Origin: Amphiscolops sp. MND2022
Lineage: Eukaryota
Reading direction: 5' to 3'
DNA: 64,000 bases
Assembly: GCA_964187785.1 (NCBI GenBank)
Contig: OZ076409.1
Span: forward strand, 40,550,001 to 40,614,000
Shown here: piece by piece, positions 12,700-26,700 of the stretch
Position numbering within the stretch: position 1 is the stretch's first letter
Layout: each line of letters begins with the position of its first letter
Made by a program: the position numbers and the translations under genes
Notes under the pieces: generated by a model
Told to the model about the DNA's origin: nothing
The model's input: the letters and a program-made list of their open reading frames with translations, nothing else
The model's database searches: none

Positions 12700-13597
12700 A
12701 CTGTTGTTGAAAAAATTCATACCTTTGCAAAATTTATTGAAACGCTTGTGAGAAAATGCAAGACTCTTACAATTTTCTTGCAAAATTTGCGAATTTCAGC
12801 TAAAATTGGTACAACGAATGCATCAGTTTTTACAAACTCTAACAAATTTGGAATCCTTCGACGTTGCGAGGAAATACTGAATATTCAATTTTTATATAAT
12901 GCTTCAATAGCATTGTAAATGCGTCTATTGACCAATATTGGGAGAATTGAGAAGCGTAGTACAAAGCAGTTGCTTCGCAACAGTAATAGCTTCCAACTTT
13001 CACCGCTTCAAGCTGTAGAATTATAGTTTTAAGAGTGACTTTCCTGATGTAGTTTTTTTTCTTTTTCTTGCTCGTTTTCAATATTGGGGGTTTCGCCTGG
13101 GCCAATTTTTGATCCCGGGAGTCGCTCGTTGAGTCGTAGTTTGAGCTGCTAGAGGGACGAGAGTGTGATGGCTTTGCATTTGTGTAAATTAATGAATTGT
13201 TGTTTGCTGGTGGGTTACCGGAAGACGTTAAAGTAATTTTTGGTTTGAAATTGCATGTAAATTCTTCTTGATCGAAATTAACATCTTAGACCCTTTTGCT
13301 GGGATACGGAGGCAGTCTGTGCATTGTAAACGGTGAATGTGGCTATTGTTGCTGTTAAGATGATAATTTTTGATATTTTTGTCTAAATAACACATCGCAT
13401 TTTGCGTAAGAGTTTCTGATGAATATATTCAAATTTTGTTATAATTTTGTCAGATTCTTCTAAGAAATGTTTAAAATTGTAACAAGTTTGCAAAAGTTGC
13501 AATTCTTGTACAAACTTGTGAGATTCTCGTGAGAAATGCATAATTGGTGAGAATTCAGGGAGAATTTTGCAAAATTTGTGATTTCCGAAAACTAGGG
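12700..13597 (-). mobile_element. MITE-like family D (reverse copy)
   Basis: Its end ...TTGTGATTTCCGAAAACTAGGG matches the reverse complement of 52295 CCCTAGTTTTCTGAAATCACAA. TTGCAAAA-rich arms. Confidence 0.55.
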
Positions 13598-15236
13598 CAT
13601 ACTATGAAACTTGATGACCACAGTATGACTATACTACCAAACATGCATGGTCACCGTGCTACGGTCTTGGCATGATCATGATGGGTGAAAGTTATGAGAC
13701 AAAGGAATTTGCATCACAAAATTGCCGAAAAACCTATTGAGGAGCAGTTAGCACTTCAGCTCAGCTTCAAAAAATTCCAAAACTGAACTCTTCTGGCAAG
13801 GAATAAATAGCATGAAATTCTTCGTTGATATAGATTTTTCCATTCATCCTCTACTTTCCTTGGATAGGTTCTTTCCGTATTTTGTAATTGACAGATTGAA
13901 CTAGAAGTGACACGAAGGTTTGGTATTTTGACGCTTGGTGTGAGTTTTGATGGCTTCTCAAAAGGACCTTTCGAACTATTTTCCTGTGCGATATGAGTTT
14001 TAAGATTCCGGGAATCTAGAAATCTCGTCAAAACACTTATCTGTAGTTTGATGTGTATTCGCCTATGTTCAGACACCATGTGCTTCCATGAATGGTCTAT
14101 GTGAATTTCATGCATGGTCCATATACGAATGAAAGACAAACAGCTCTCATGTCAGTGGAACCCATTCAAAGGGGTTGACAAAAACTTGAAACTCAGACTT
14201 CCAGCTGACCATGGTTTTACACTGCATCAAGTTCTGCTGATTGAGAAAACAAAACTTGGCAAATCAACATCAAGTATAACATATAAAATCACTGCAATAA
14301 CATCTAGACTTCAACCAACAATGCAAATATATGAAAATGCGCAATAACTTTTGCAATAATTTCGTTTCTTTTTAAAAATTTCTGTGCACCAGAAAAAGAT
14401 ATTAAAACTCTTAGTGCTCCTTCTTTTCCCAAAAAAGTGAAGTCATAAGTGGCGAATGATTCCGTGAATTTTATGAATTGATTCAACAACCTTAATTTTG
14501 ACTTAGGATCTCGGGGCTTTTTCATCCATTAGTAACACAGATTTGAGAATTCCTTTGTCTTTAAATTGTTGCAACGTGTATATTTTTGCATACAGGTGAC
14601 AAATAACAAGTCGTTTTTTCAATGATTTAGAGCATGGATCATGTTTTGTCAAAATGATTTTAATAATTGTGTTATCTGGTCACTTTTTATAAACTGAAAA
14701 GACATATGAACGACTCAGAGATGTGGTGGATTTGAAAAGCACAAAATCATGGAATGTAATACTTGCTTTTACTGGAGTTTCCTATTCTCCAGCTCAATAA
14801 ACTGACGTATATCCAAGTTTTAAATCTCTGAGCCAAGTAACAGCTGCTGTGACTTTCTTTCTAGTGACCAATTACCAACGATGGTAAATACGTAATACCG
14901 CGTTTTACCCACGAACAACTTAGTGGCTCTTGTTCAACGAGGTGTGAAAGCCAGATGAAAAAGTGTGAAAACTCGATCCGTGCATGTCAATCAGAGCGAT
15001 GGACAAAAATGGAAGAACCTGCTGTTAGAATATGAAAGCTGCTTTTTCATGTATCACTTCACGCATGGCGACTATTCGATGACAGAAAGATTTCATAACT
15101 ATTGGAGCCTATTGCTAGCTTTCCCAATTCTCACTCGGCTGAGCACGAATTCAACATCTGGCACATTGCGTTTTAAAAAAGTTTTCTTACCATTTTTCAG
15201 CTAATTTTTACGTCACAAATCCCAAGTTGTGCAGAA

Positions 15237-17047
15237 ATGTTATCGTCCCTAATTTACATTTTCGGTGAGTAAACATATAGACTCCGTCTTTTCCTTTGAA
15301 AAACTGTTGATTGGTTTTCAATTTTGACTTTAACAGAGGTCTCGGACTTACCATTTCATTGATTTCGAATTCGAAAAAAAACCTAAGTTATTCAAATATA
15401 ATTTTAGATACTTTTCATTGGAAAAAAGTTTCCCTGCATTTAAATGCAGAGACTATGATGGTTTAAATTAGTTTTTGTAGGTATTCAATTCAGTTCACTG
15501 TTCCTCTGAAAAACGTGGAATATTCGACAAAACCTGATAAATTTCATTTTGAAAAAAAGTTCAAACGCACAATTTTTTCTTTCAATACAATTTGTAGTAT
15601 TTGCACAAAAAGATTGACAGCTCTGTGTTTTTTCAGCATTTAGTGCCGCGATCTTCTCTGTGAGATCCGAAGACTGCGATTCCGCCAAAAATGGAACCGC
15701 TGGTCCCATTGTTGTCATTCCCGAAGACGACGCTCTGAGATACGCAGAGGCGATCGGTTTTGAAGCCGAAGATGCGGCTGAAGACAACATCGATTCTTGC
15801 AAGGCTATTTTGGAACTGGCAGAGGGCATCAAAAACGAGAGTGCAGATGCTGCTAACGAAGTAGATACCGCCGACACCGTTTCAGGACCCGAATCTGTCG
15901 ATGCTTATTCGTACATTCTCCGAGAAGTGGAAGAAATAAATGCCGTGGCCCAAAGTTGTATTAAAAGCATGGGTAATGTTTCTCTCGTCGGCATGGCTGA
16001 GTCGCTGGCCAATATGCTCTCGCCGGGTGAGTCGGTTCGCAATAGGGCTTAAAAGGATTGGTGATTAAATAAATACCAGTACCAATTGGCTTCTTGAAAA
16101 TCAATGTTAAACTGAAAATCACTCAATCAATTCAAAGTTTAAAAAACATCATTGCAAAAAAGTAACTTTTTATCAAACACGGGCACAATTGATGCTCTGT
16201 ACAAACTCAGTTAAGATGAAACAGAAACAGTTAATTTCATCAGATTATAGGCATATAAGATATAAGGAATATACATATTTATAGAATAATTCAATGAGGA
16301 CGCAAAATGAGCATTTTTATAATTCCTGTTATTCTCAGCACAATTAAACATGTACACCTTGGTTGAAAAACATGCGCAAAGATTCCATGTTATCTACGAT
16401 GTATGCCGAAAGCACATTCATGATGGAATGACTGCAGAATCTCTCTTATTTCATACAAATTCTTGTACTTTTCAGAGATGAGTATACCCTGAATCATAAA
16501 TCATAACAACCACATGCATGATACGCCAAGAAGTGCATTAATTGAGGCGAATAATTGTTTCTTTTGAACTAAAAGTCTATGTATATGGAACCTTACAGAC
16601 GACCAGGGTTTTGGGTATTGATAATTAACGGGTTGTTGAATATTACTTAGCAAAATATTGAGTAATCTAGCTAAAATGTTCAATTGGTTACGCTTGATTG
16701 CTTCAACAGGTGAGAATGCTACTAAGGACAGCGCGGCTGTGAACGATCAAATCAAAGGCATGATGGATCAAATTGACGAAAGCAGCTCTATGGTTGACAA
16801 ATGGATCACGAAGATCGAGGAAATAGCCCAAAATATCATCGCTGCTGCCCGGGACGCTTACGAAGAAGTGTCTGAAGACGTGGGCGCTTCAAATGAAGCT
16901 AAAGACGACGCTAAGGACTCCAAGAATGAGATCAAAGAATTCGCCGAAGGAATCATGGAGGTCACCCAAGACATGCGAAGAGATAGCAGAGAGTCTTTTA
17001 ACGATATGCGTGATGATCTTGACAAGGTTTCGGCAAGCCAGGTTTGA
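15237..17047 (+). CDS. Three-exon gene for a ~251-aa secreted, acidic, alpha-helical protein of unknown family. Exons 15237-15264, 15637-16026, 16710-17047
   Basis: Both donors are G|GTGAGT, acceptors are TTTCAG and CAACAG, and both introns are phase 1. The joined ORF is 756 nt and uninterrupted. The N-terminus MLSSLIYIFAFSAAIFSVRS looks like a signal peptide. ATTAAA lies at ~17127. Confidence 0.85.
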
Positions 17048-18387
17048 ATGACGTCATAACGAGTCCAACACAACGAGGGTGCCCTCCAATCAACCAGCGA
17101 AAATCGGCAATGAAGCAGCCCATGAAATTAAAAGTCAAACTTTACTAAAAGTGGATTTTGAGCAGGTTCTAATTTATGAGGTTTGGGATCTATCTTTCTC
17201 ACATTTACTGTAATTTCAAAAGTTTCCCAAAGCTCTTGTCACTCTTTTTTTAAACAGAACTAATCGTCGAATTAATTGCAGGAAATGTAAAATTTGAACA
17301 AACAGACAATCCTTGGAAAAATCAACAAGCATGTTTTAGAGATTTTTCATAATTGGAAATATAAAGTTAAGTTAATGTCGTCTGGTTTGACGGAGTTCCA
17401 TTTTTGTTAACAGTAATTGGAAAATAACTCAATTTAGCGATCTAATTTTGTTGCACGAAAGTTGGTTAATTGAGACTTGAGAAATAAAGCATGATCCTAC
17501 GCGTCAATCAGTGGCCAGCTTAGAAATTGAGTTACGCAAAGGTTGGCGTGATGCAATTTTTACCAGCATGGTACAGACAGGAAAACCAATTATGGGAAGC
17601 GAAAAGCATTGACAAACATACGCAATGTTTTTTGTGTGACGTTAATTACTTCCTTCATAATCTTGACGTCCTCTGTCAATCAAAATTGATGAATATTCAC
17701 TCGGATGTTGTTGCCCATGTATGAAAAAAATCGATTCTGCTAAGTTAAGTCTGGAGCAAAGATTTCGTTCGCGTGTCAATCATAATTCAATGCAATTTGA
17801 AAGCGAATCAGCAGAGAACGTTGAATGAATTTTAAACTCAACTTTTGTTTGTATTCCATCAAATTGATTCCAGAAAAATTACCCAAAATCTCTGGCAATT
17901 GTTACCACCAGGTGTTTTTTCACGATTGTAACAAACAAAGTTTTTGAGTCTGTTTCTTGTAAAAGAAAAACTTTACAGGATCTAAATATCTAACATTCAG
18001 GACTGACATCAATTGATAGAAATCTTTGAATACGATTGGATGTGTATTTTTCAGAGATATATGTCGCTCAGAATTGCGGCAATGCCAAAAAACTTTAGCA
18101 AAGCAGCGTAGAAAACTTCCAAAAAGTCACCTATAAGCCTACTTTGTTCAAGCTATAACCCTATATAACCTAAAATTGTCAACTCACAATCATATTTGGC
18201 TTATAAAAAGGTCAGCCTGGAGTCATCAATTTTGATAATTCACCAGAGTTGCACTGACAAATGATCTATAACAAGACGCCCGCTGAGCAACGGGTAATTA
18301 CCCGCACGAACTATATCAGCAACGACATACTTTTAGGGCCCTAGCGTAGCCTGTAAAATAAACTGACGCTTTGCGACTATTCTTATC

Positions 18388-19007
18388 CCCGTACTGAGAT
18401 TCCACTCAATGGGCCCATCGATGGGATTTCAATTATAGGCCAACGCGCTGTAGCCCCTTGGAAGCCTTTTAGAGATGCAAATGTCTAATTTTAACCAACT
18501 GATATTCCCTTTTTAGCGTATCCTAAGATTTATCGCGCCTGAAAATCACTCATTTCAATTTTTTGCCTAGACATTGGTTCTTTTCAATTGGTTGTTGCTC
18601 AACTAGTAGCAGTGGTGACTGAAATCCGAAAAAGTTTCCGCTGCACAATGCAGTTTTGCCAAAAATTTCAATTCAGCTTTGAGATCCATAAAATTTAGGG
18701 CAAAATTATATTGAAAACAGAAAATCTTCATGTGAAACAATGCCCGATCAGAGGAGTTGAGTATTCAAACTGTTATTCAACCAAAACTGCAACGTGAAAA
18801 ACTGCAGTTTTGGTTGAATCTATAGAATCCGCTGAAATTTTGAACATGGCCGGTTCGAACGAATTTTTGTAATAAAAAAAATTGATTTCCATCGATGGGC
18901 CGTCGATGGGATCTTCCTTCACAAAAATTCATCGATGGCCATCGATGGGCCCAATGGGACTTTGATAACCATCGATGAACTGCAATGGGATCCCATCCCA
19001 GTACGGG
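18388..19007. mobile_element. MITE with CCCGTACTG terminal inverted repeats
   Basis: CCCGTACTGAGAT at 18388 and ATCCCAGTACGGG at 19007. CCATCGATGG palindromes repeat near both ends. Confidence 0.65.
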
Positions 19008-19367
19008 TTCCTTTTTCAGAGTGAGATTGACAGCTGAAAAAAACTACCCACTGTAATAGTCGGTTTTTTTCCTGAAGGGAAAAAGACTAAAAACAAGGTA
19101 AAAGAGTGGAAACAGTAAAGTTTCTTTGAAAAAAATGCCATTATGAAAACATTTATTTTCAAACTCTGTTTTCAGAATGACAATGAATCAACAAATGGTA
19201 TTGAACAAGTTTATCTGAAGAAGGTAACCGATTAGGCTGCTGATCCCATGCCCCCAGAGTTTTCCTGCTTCAGTCTATTAGTGTAGGCCTGGCAACCAGT
19301 TTAAACGTGTCCAGGTAGCGGTCAGTGCAATCAGCAAGACACGTTGACTCACACCTGGGTAACAGAA

Positions 19368-19901
19368 AACAAGCCGGGAACGGCCAAAGTCGGCGCTATA
19401 TCTAAGGCTCAAAATTGTAAAAGGGGGGACCCTTTGGGCTTTGTGAAACTCCAGTTGGTTGCAAAATATCAAAAATTGAAGGGGACCCTTTGGAGACAGT
19501 AAAAAATTTTAAAATTGAGTGTCACAGTGTCACAGTGCCGAAAAATGTAATAGGGTGTACCCTTTGGGATTTTTTGACATCCATTTTGTTGCAAAATATA
19601 AAGAAATTTGATGGGGGGACCCTTTGGAGCAATAAAAAATTTCGGAAAAAAAGAGAAGTTCGAAAGTGCCGAAAAAAGGGGGAAAGTCTCGTAGTGTCAA
19701 AAAAAGTTGAAAGGGGGACCCTTCTGCTTTGGAATGGCTTTTCCATTTCATGTTAGAGGCTTTGGATGTGTTGAAAATGAAGTATTGAGTACATATGGTA
19801 AAAGGGCATAATGCACAAAAAGTGGACCGATCGCGTTGAACTGACGAAAAAAACTAGCCACTGAAATAGCCGGGTTTTTCTTCGACAACGCCGACTAAAA
19901 A
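19368..19901 (-). mobile_element. HINE family A copy
   Basis: AACAAGCCGGGAACGGCCAAAGTCGGCGC ... CGCCGACTAAAAA, the reverse complement of the family A ends. Confidence 0.7.
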
Positions 19902-20213
19902 CTCTATATTTTGATTTACAAGGCTATGCCATGCAGCAGTGACATCTCTGCAATTTATTATTCCAAAAACTTACCAAAAAATACCATAAAACAATCGATA
20001 GTTGAGAACAAAGATGAAGAATGAATTCTCTATTCTGTGGGGTAGAGGCCGAAGAATCATATGTGCTTTTCTGAAACGGTGCTTTTTTCGGATAGTCAGG
20101 ATAGTTATATAGCAAGCTACGGTCATCATTTACAGCCAAGTAGTAATATATAGTGAGTTTAAAGCTGTGATTTCAACGTGACTTCTTTAAGGTCACAAAA
20201 TTAAGACTGCTGG

Positions 20214-20522
20214 TTGTTATTTTCCGCCCACATATAATGGGGGAGGAAAATCATGATCTGTGTTGCGTTTTTTTACAATTCTGCCAAATCTCCACTATCT
20301 CCATCACTTGAATATTTCAACTACTTCTCTATTATACAGTTACTTGACTATTTTAGTTACTTGACCAATTTTAGTTACCAAATCTACCAAACCGTTTTTA
20401 GTTACCAAATGGCGCAGTTGGTATTGCGTCTGCCTGGCAGACACGAGGTTGCGTGTTCGAACCCAGGCTGATGCGTTACATTTTTAGCGGAAAATATCCC
20501 CGTGCTCAGCGGGCGTCTTGTT
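20214..20522 (+). mobile_element. HINE-like family B with tRNA-like A/B boxes and a 17-bp tandem subrepeat
   Basis: TATTTTCCGC...GCGGAAAATA sub-terminal inverted repeats, 3' hairpin CCCG-x7-CGGG and end CTTGTT. TGGCGCAGTTGG and GTTCGAACC boxes. Confidence 0.6.
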
Positions 20523-21004
20523 GTTCTTTTCATGTTTTGTTTTCTTCGTCAAATATTCTTTCTTCACTCTGTTTTGAAACTATGCTGGGTAGTCTAAGTG
20601 GCTGTTGTTCTTATTCTTTTAATCTTCGTATCGTTTAAAAGCTGCCAGAAAAGTTCGAAGCTCGATTTTCAAGTTTACAAGTACATTTGCTCTGTGGAAA
20701 TTATTCACTTTCCTTTTAATAGCTGCGCTAATTGCTTCATTCAGTTTCTGTGATTTTTCAAATCCTAAAAAAGGTCTATGAGTCGAACAAAAAATGCATA
20801 AAATAGTCAAAAAAGTGAACTCGAAAAACGTTTTTTTTTCACGCAAGTTTTTGATTGATTTACTCACATTGTTTCTCCAGAAAACTATGCTCAGCAGCAA
20901 ATTGTATGTAATAATTGAACTCTGTAAAGCCTCACAGCCGTGCAAGTGTCTTTGAATTCTGTGTCTAGTAATACTCACTCAACCGTCCAAAATCTGAACA
21001 AAAG

Positions 21005-21291
21005 TTGTTATTTTCCGCCCACATAAATGGGGAGGAAAATCATGATATGAGTTGCTTTTTTTCCCAAATTCTGCCAAATCTCCTCCCAGCTTAACCTCAC
21101 TTAGTTACTTGGCTATTTTAGTTACTTGGCTATTTTAGTTACTTGGCTATTTTAGTTACTTGACTATTCTAGTTTTTTAGTAACTATTCTAGTTACTGCT
21201 TACTGGCAGACACGAGGTCGTGGGTTCGAACACGGGCTAATGCGTTACATTTTTAGCGAAAAATATCCCGGTGTTTAGCGGGCGTCTTGTT
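21005..21291 (+). mobile_element. HINE-like family B, second copy
   Basis: Same termini as 20214-20522, with an expanded TTAGTTACTTGGCTATT array. Confidence 0.6.
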
Positions 21292-21609
21292 CGAAAACAG
21301 AAACTCTTTAAACAAAGACGTTTTTCTTTTTATGAGAAAATTTAAATGATGAACTTCTCATGTCAAAAAGCATCCTAAGCAAGTGCATGGTTCGTTTTTC
21401 AAACTTTTGAAAATTTCATTGGAACGAAAACAGTCAAAAAATGTTCAAAAAAGCTGAGACTGTTCGAAATTCCTGAAAAAAACTTCTGTTTTTTGGGCAT
21501 CTTCCCCTTCTTTTTAAAAGTAAAAACCTCAAGTTTCTCCCCTCAAAGAATATGTTGGATAGCGTATTGTTTAATTGTTTTGTCCAGTTTCCATGGACAT
21601 TTAATTTTC

Positions 21610-22628
21610 AACAAGCTGAAAACGGCCCAAGTCGGCCCCACTCAATGTTCAAAAGGAGCAATGTGTTTGAGACACTGAGGCGCCAATTATTGAAACATTT
21701 CAATTATCAAACAGTTTTAGAAAATACCTGAACTGAACTGAAAACATCGGAATAACTTATACGTTGAAAAAATTGAACCTTTTTCTCTCAAATAAAATTT
21801 CAGTTCTGAAAAACTCAGAAGGAGACACATTTTTAGTGATGCAAAAGGACACGATAGTGATATTTATATCACATTTACTGAGCCAATTAACCGAAGGCAT
21901 ATTCATGACACTTTTTCCTTCTTTCTAACTGGAAAAATCACACAACCCAGTTTTGGAAAAAAAATTAGGAAAATTTTTCGCCGGAAAAATTTCAATGCCG
22001 AGCAAAAGTTTTTTTGCGATCAAGGCGCAATTTCAAGTCACTAATTTTTTCATAAAGGGGTGCCTACCATCTGACCGAATCGAATTTTTCAAAAAAATAG
22101 CATAATCCGTAAAAAAACAATAGGTCATTTCCAAAACGAATTCGTTTGACAGGAGACCTCAAAGAACTGAAAATTGAATGGGAAAAACTTTTCAACATTT
22201 TTGGATTCAAAATTTTTTTTTCTAAAATGTCTTAAAAAAGTCGCATAGGGATGAAGAATCTAAGGAACCCACCATGTTCCCAAAACGCTTCTTTTCGGCT
22301 AGAAACTGGAGGCCAAGTAGGTTGTTAGAAAAAAGATAAAAGAAATCGCATAGTAACGAAAAACTCAAAGAGGGGACCCTTTGGTCTTTCCTCAACCGTT
22401 GTAATCATGAATAAAACTTTTCTATAAAAGTTTCACAATGCCAAAAAAAGTAAAACCAAACTTTCTGAGTTTTCTAGTAACGACAAAGGCTTTAAAAGCT
22501 ATGATAGTCCAAGTTAGGAAGGCCTAGAGAATTTCTGTAAAAAGTGCACCTTTCAGGTATGTGGTCTGGAGAAAAAAGAGTCTCTGTAAAGGTCGGGCAT
22601 TTTTTACACAAAAAGTGCCGACTAAAAA
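21610..22628 (-). mobile_element. Diverged HINE family A copy
   Basis: AACAAGC...CGGCCCAAGTCGGC start and GTGCCGACTAAAAA end, with internal GGGGACCCTTT. Confidence 0.5.
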
Positions 22629-23330
22629 CTCTACAAAAGTGAATACAAAGATTCGAGAAAGGTTCCAAGAAAGGTTCAAAAACGTAAAAATGTTAAAACA
22701 GGTGTATTTTTGCTCGCAACGTACATTTTATTTTTAATACGAACCTAAGTTTGTGGTATTTGAACTCGGTTGACCGACCTCTTTGATTTGGGACACATTG
22801 GAACACGGCTAATGTTAAAAAAATTGTAGAAAGCAATTTTTTCTCCCCAAAAAAATGTGCGGAAAGTATTGAATTCACAAAAGTATTCTGTTTTATTCAG
22901 CATATGCCTCTAAAATTGAAACGCTAGTCTCAAACTACTGAACTATTAGACTGTTAACCTCATTTTAACCGTCAACCAACCGTAATAAATGACAAACTTG
23001 AAGAGCATTTCAACTGTTTGTTTTAATCAACAATCAGAAATGAATCCTTCGCTGTTGACATCAGTTTTTGTCCTTCAACTTAAATTCTGGAAGCGGCAAT
23101 CATTCTAGAACGTTTTAAACGGCTGACGCTTAGCTCTCTTCAAAACGGCATAAACGGGTTCACCGTTTTGACCTTTTGTCGTCAGTTGTTCATCCCCCAC
23201 GTCATTTTTCATATTTGTTTTTAGTTGACATTATCCAAAAAAAATACGTTTTATCTTCAAAAAATGTGTGTTCTTTTTGGTACCGAACTTCTGTTTCAAC
23301 AGAAAACTTCGTGTTATTTTGAGCAATGCT

Positions 23331-23529
23331 TGTTTATACAATCACTTTGATTGTCTTCTTGAAGCTGGGAATTGCGGTGAAAGCAATTTGATGATCAGTC
23401 AAATTCAATTCAAAACAAAAAGTATGATTCACGAGTAGATCAAATTATCCATGCATTAACAATAATATTTGTCAAAGAAATCAAAAAAAGTCAAAGTAGA
23501 AAAGGAAAGAGTCAAGTTTGATAGTACCA
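23331..23529 (-). repeat. BEL/Pao 3' LTR
   Basis: Near-identical to 28714-28922. Confidence 0.93.
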
Positions 23530-23718
23530 TATCCCGCCGGGCATTGAACAGCTAGGTTCAACAATTGGCGTTGAATTCCAATACAAGACAGCCATGGAAG
23601 GAGGCTGAAAAGACAATTCAAGCCATGATATACGTTTCACTAAAAATGAGTGAGTTTGTAATATTGAAAATCTGTAAGAGTTTGAGTACTGATGAAGTTC
23701 AGTCGTTCGGACAAATCA

Positions 23719-26700
23719 TCAAAATGTTGGCCGAGTGAAAGGAAGGTGACGAAGCTTCACAATATGTCGATTTGCCACCCAGTTTTGTGTTCGAACTTCG
23801 ACCACTCGAGCACAGCCATCGTTGCCTTTGAATATTTTCAGGACACGTCCGAGAAGCCACTGCAATGCTTGAACGACGACCTTGAAGGTTTCATCACCAT
23901 CGTTAGTCCACTTATTTCTTTTCTGAAGGGTAGTTAAGTACGATCTATACCATTCTTTCCATATTCGTTTTGATCTTCTCTCCATTTCTTGAAAATCCTT
24001 GAAAGTAGCGGGTTTGGGTTTGAAGTTCTTGGTCAGTATTCGTCTAATATTCATCGGTCGCCCAATCAGAAAGTGTCCTGGAGTCAAGGCTGTGAAGTCA
24101 TTGGGGTCATTCGAAATTGGTGTTAAAGGTCGTGAGTTCAGCAGGCTTTTTTTTGAGTCAACAAGGTTTGGAAGTTTTCACAGCTCATAACTAACGTCCG
24201 CATTTCTCGCCGCAAGTGATGCTTCATTGATTTAATCACAGATTCCCAGAGGCCACCTAAGTGTGGTGCATGAGTGGGAATTACTAGCCATTCAGTTCCC
24301 AAATTATTGACAGATGTTTGAAAGCTGGTTGACGAAACAGTTTGGTAAAAGGAGAGATCGGTTTCTTCTTGCATTGACAAGGTTTCTCGCGCAGCTAGGA
24401 AACTGGGAGCATTGTCGGAAAATATCTTAGAACTTTTTCCCCGCCTGGCAAAGAACCGCTTGAGAGCTGCGAGGCAGGACGCTTCAGTCATTGATAGCAT
24501 ATGTTCGATATGACAGGCGATAGTACTCATGCAAGCAAAAATAAAAAAAAATGGCAACTGACATTGCAAATAAAGGGTCCCGAAACATCTACACCAACAT
24601 TTTCGAAATCCATACTCTGGTTTACAGTCTCTTCCGGAAGATCGCCCATCAATTGGTGCGTATGTTTCTGTGAGAAACGGCAGCAAATGATACAAATCTT
24701 CAAGAGCTTCTTTATCAAGCTTTTAGCGGAAATAATCCAAAAATGTTGGCGAGTAATTGACAATAACAACTGACAACCACCGTGCAATGATTCTATAAGC
24801 GTATCGAATATTATCATCTCAGCAATAAGAGAAGCCTTCGAAATTAAATACGGATGCTTCATTAGCGTTGGGCAATCAGAGTTTCTCAAACGTCCACCGA
24901 CTCGAATCAAACACTTCTCGTCAATAAAAGGAGTGAGATTCTCGAACTTGAATTTTTTCGGAACAGCCTTATTGCCATTGAGATAATCTTTCAGCCTTGA
25001 TAAATAAAATTCTTGATGACACTTGATCAAATGTTCAGTTGCAGTTTGAATTTCTTTGGCCTTCAAAGGAGCTATAATCTTTACATTTCGACTCAACATT
25101 TTCGCAAAACGTGTGACGTAGACAAATACGCGTACCAATTTTTTGAAGCTACGGAAACGAGAATGATTTATTATTTAAATAGAATTTTAATGATGTCTAA
25201 GTTATTTGAAGTCCACTTACGCAGCTGGAAGCCTGCGGATTGCAACAAATCGATCAACTCGGTTTGTATTGCGAGTGCCCTTTCAATCGAATCTGCCCCC
25301 GACAGTAGACCATCCTCATACATGTCTCTTTCTATGATTCTCCGAACTTCGGGCGAAGCTGTTCTAGCTAGAACCATGAGACATTTGATCGAATGATGAG
25401 AAGAGGACGCAACCCCGTAAAAGAGTCGAGTCATGCGCAAGTGCTGCACCGGTCATTGGTCTGTTCACGCCATAACAGTCTGTGGTAATCCCGGTCTGGT
25501 TTGTCAAGAGCCACTTGTCGGTACATTTTCGCTATATCGGCGCTAAACGCAACAGCGTGTAAGCGCAATCGCAGAACAATATAGAAAAGGTCACTTTGTA
25601 GCTTTGGCCCGATCATTAGTCGTTTATTCAAAGAGACACCAGAAGAGGTTTTAGCAGATGCATCAAAGACAACACGCAACTTGGTAGTGATGCTGTCTTC
25701 GTTGAAAACGCAGTGATGTGGCAAATAATAAGAATCGCTGTTGCTAATAACAATTTCCTTGTCTGGGATTACCTCCATATGTCCTAGTGAAAGAAACTCA
25801 TTAATAAAGGCAGAGTATCTCTGTTTCAGATCCGGATTCATGTTTAGTTTGCGTTCCAATGCATAAAAGCGACGAAGAGAAGGAAAAAGAATTTCCTCGA
25901 ACACCGATGGATTGTTTGAAAGGTAGTTTTACAACGAAGCGACCAGTTTCATCGCGGTATGTAGTTTGGTCAAAAAAGTTCTTGCATTCCATTTCCTCTT
26001 CAGTCTGATTACCTATATCAGGGACTTCTTCGAGTCGCCAGAAGTTTTGGAGTTGGGAGTCCAGTGTGTGGAGGCTTTGTATGCTAATACTATGTTTTGC
26101 CTGCACTGCGCCCATTACAACCCATCCAAGTTTAGTTTCTGTGAGAGCCAAACCTGTACCAAGTTTGGTTTTGCTAGATAGCAGTAATTCTTCCAAAACA
26201 TCTGCTCCTAGGATCAAATCGACTGGTGCGGGTTCAGAGAAGTAAGGGTCGGCCAGTTGCATGTTTTTAAGTTTGCTCCAGTTGAAATTTTGAACCTTTC
26301 TACTGGGCAGTTTCTGAGTAAGTTTTGGTAGTATGAAGCCTTTAACATTTATGGGGTCGAATTGTTTGGGTAAGATCATGAAGTCACTGAACGCCCTAGA
26401 GAGGCTTGTTGAATGACCACCAATGCCATTAACGAGAAGATTTGATGATTGCTTCGGCAACTGCAGTAATTGATGAGCACTTTCAGTTATGAAAGACGCC
26501 TGCGAGCCAGAATCTAGTAAGGCTCGAGGATGAGTGATTCCAAGTTTGCCTTGAACAGGAATAAGAGCTGTGGGAAGGACAGTTTGTGTATCTGTTACTT
26601 TTGAATGCATGGCTGCCGTGTCTGAGTGACAGTTCACTTCATTTCCTCTACAAGGATTCAAGCGCAGTTTAGGATGAAATGAGGTATGATGCCTTTTTTG

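Noticed and set aside
13730..14600. Decayed transposase or gene remnant
   Set aside because: The composition is coding-like, but I could not identify a motif in any frame.
20405..20475. Functional tRNA gene
   Set aside because: A and B boxes are present but there is no convincing acceptor stem, and the sequence is embedded in a repeated element.
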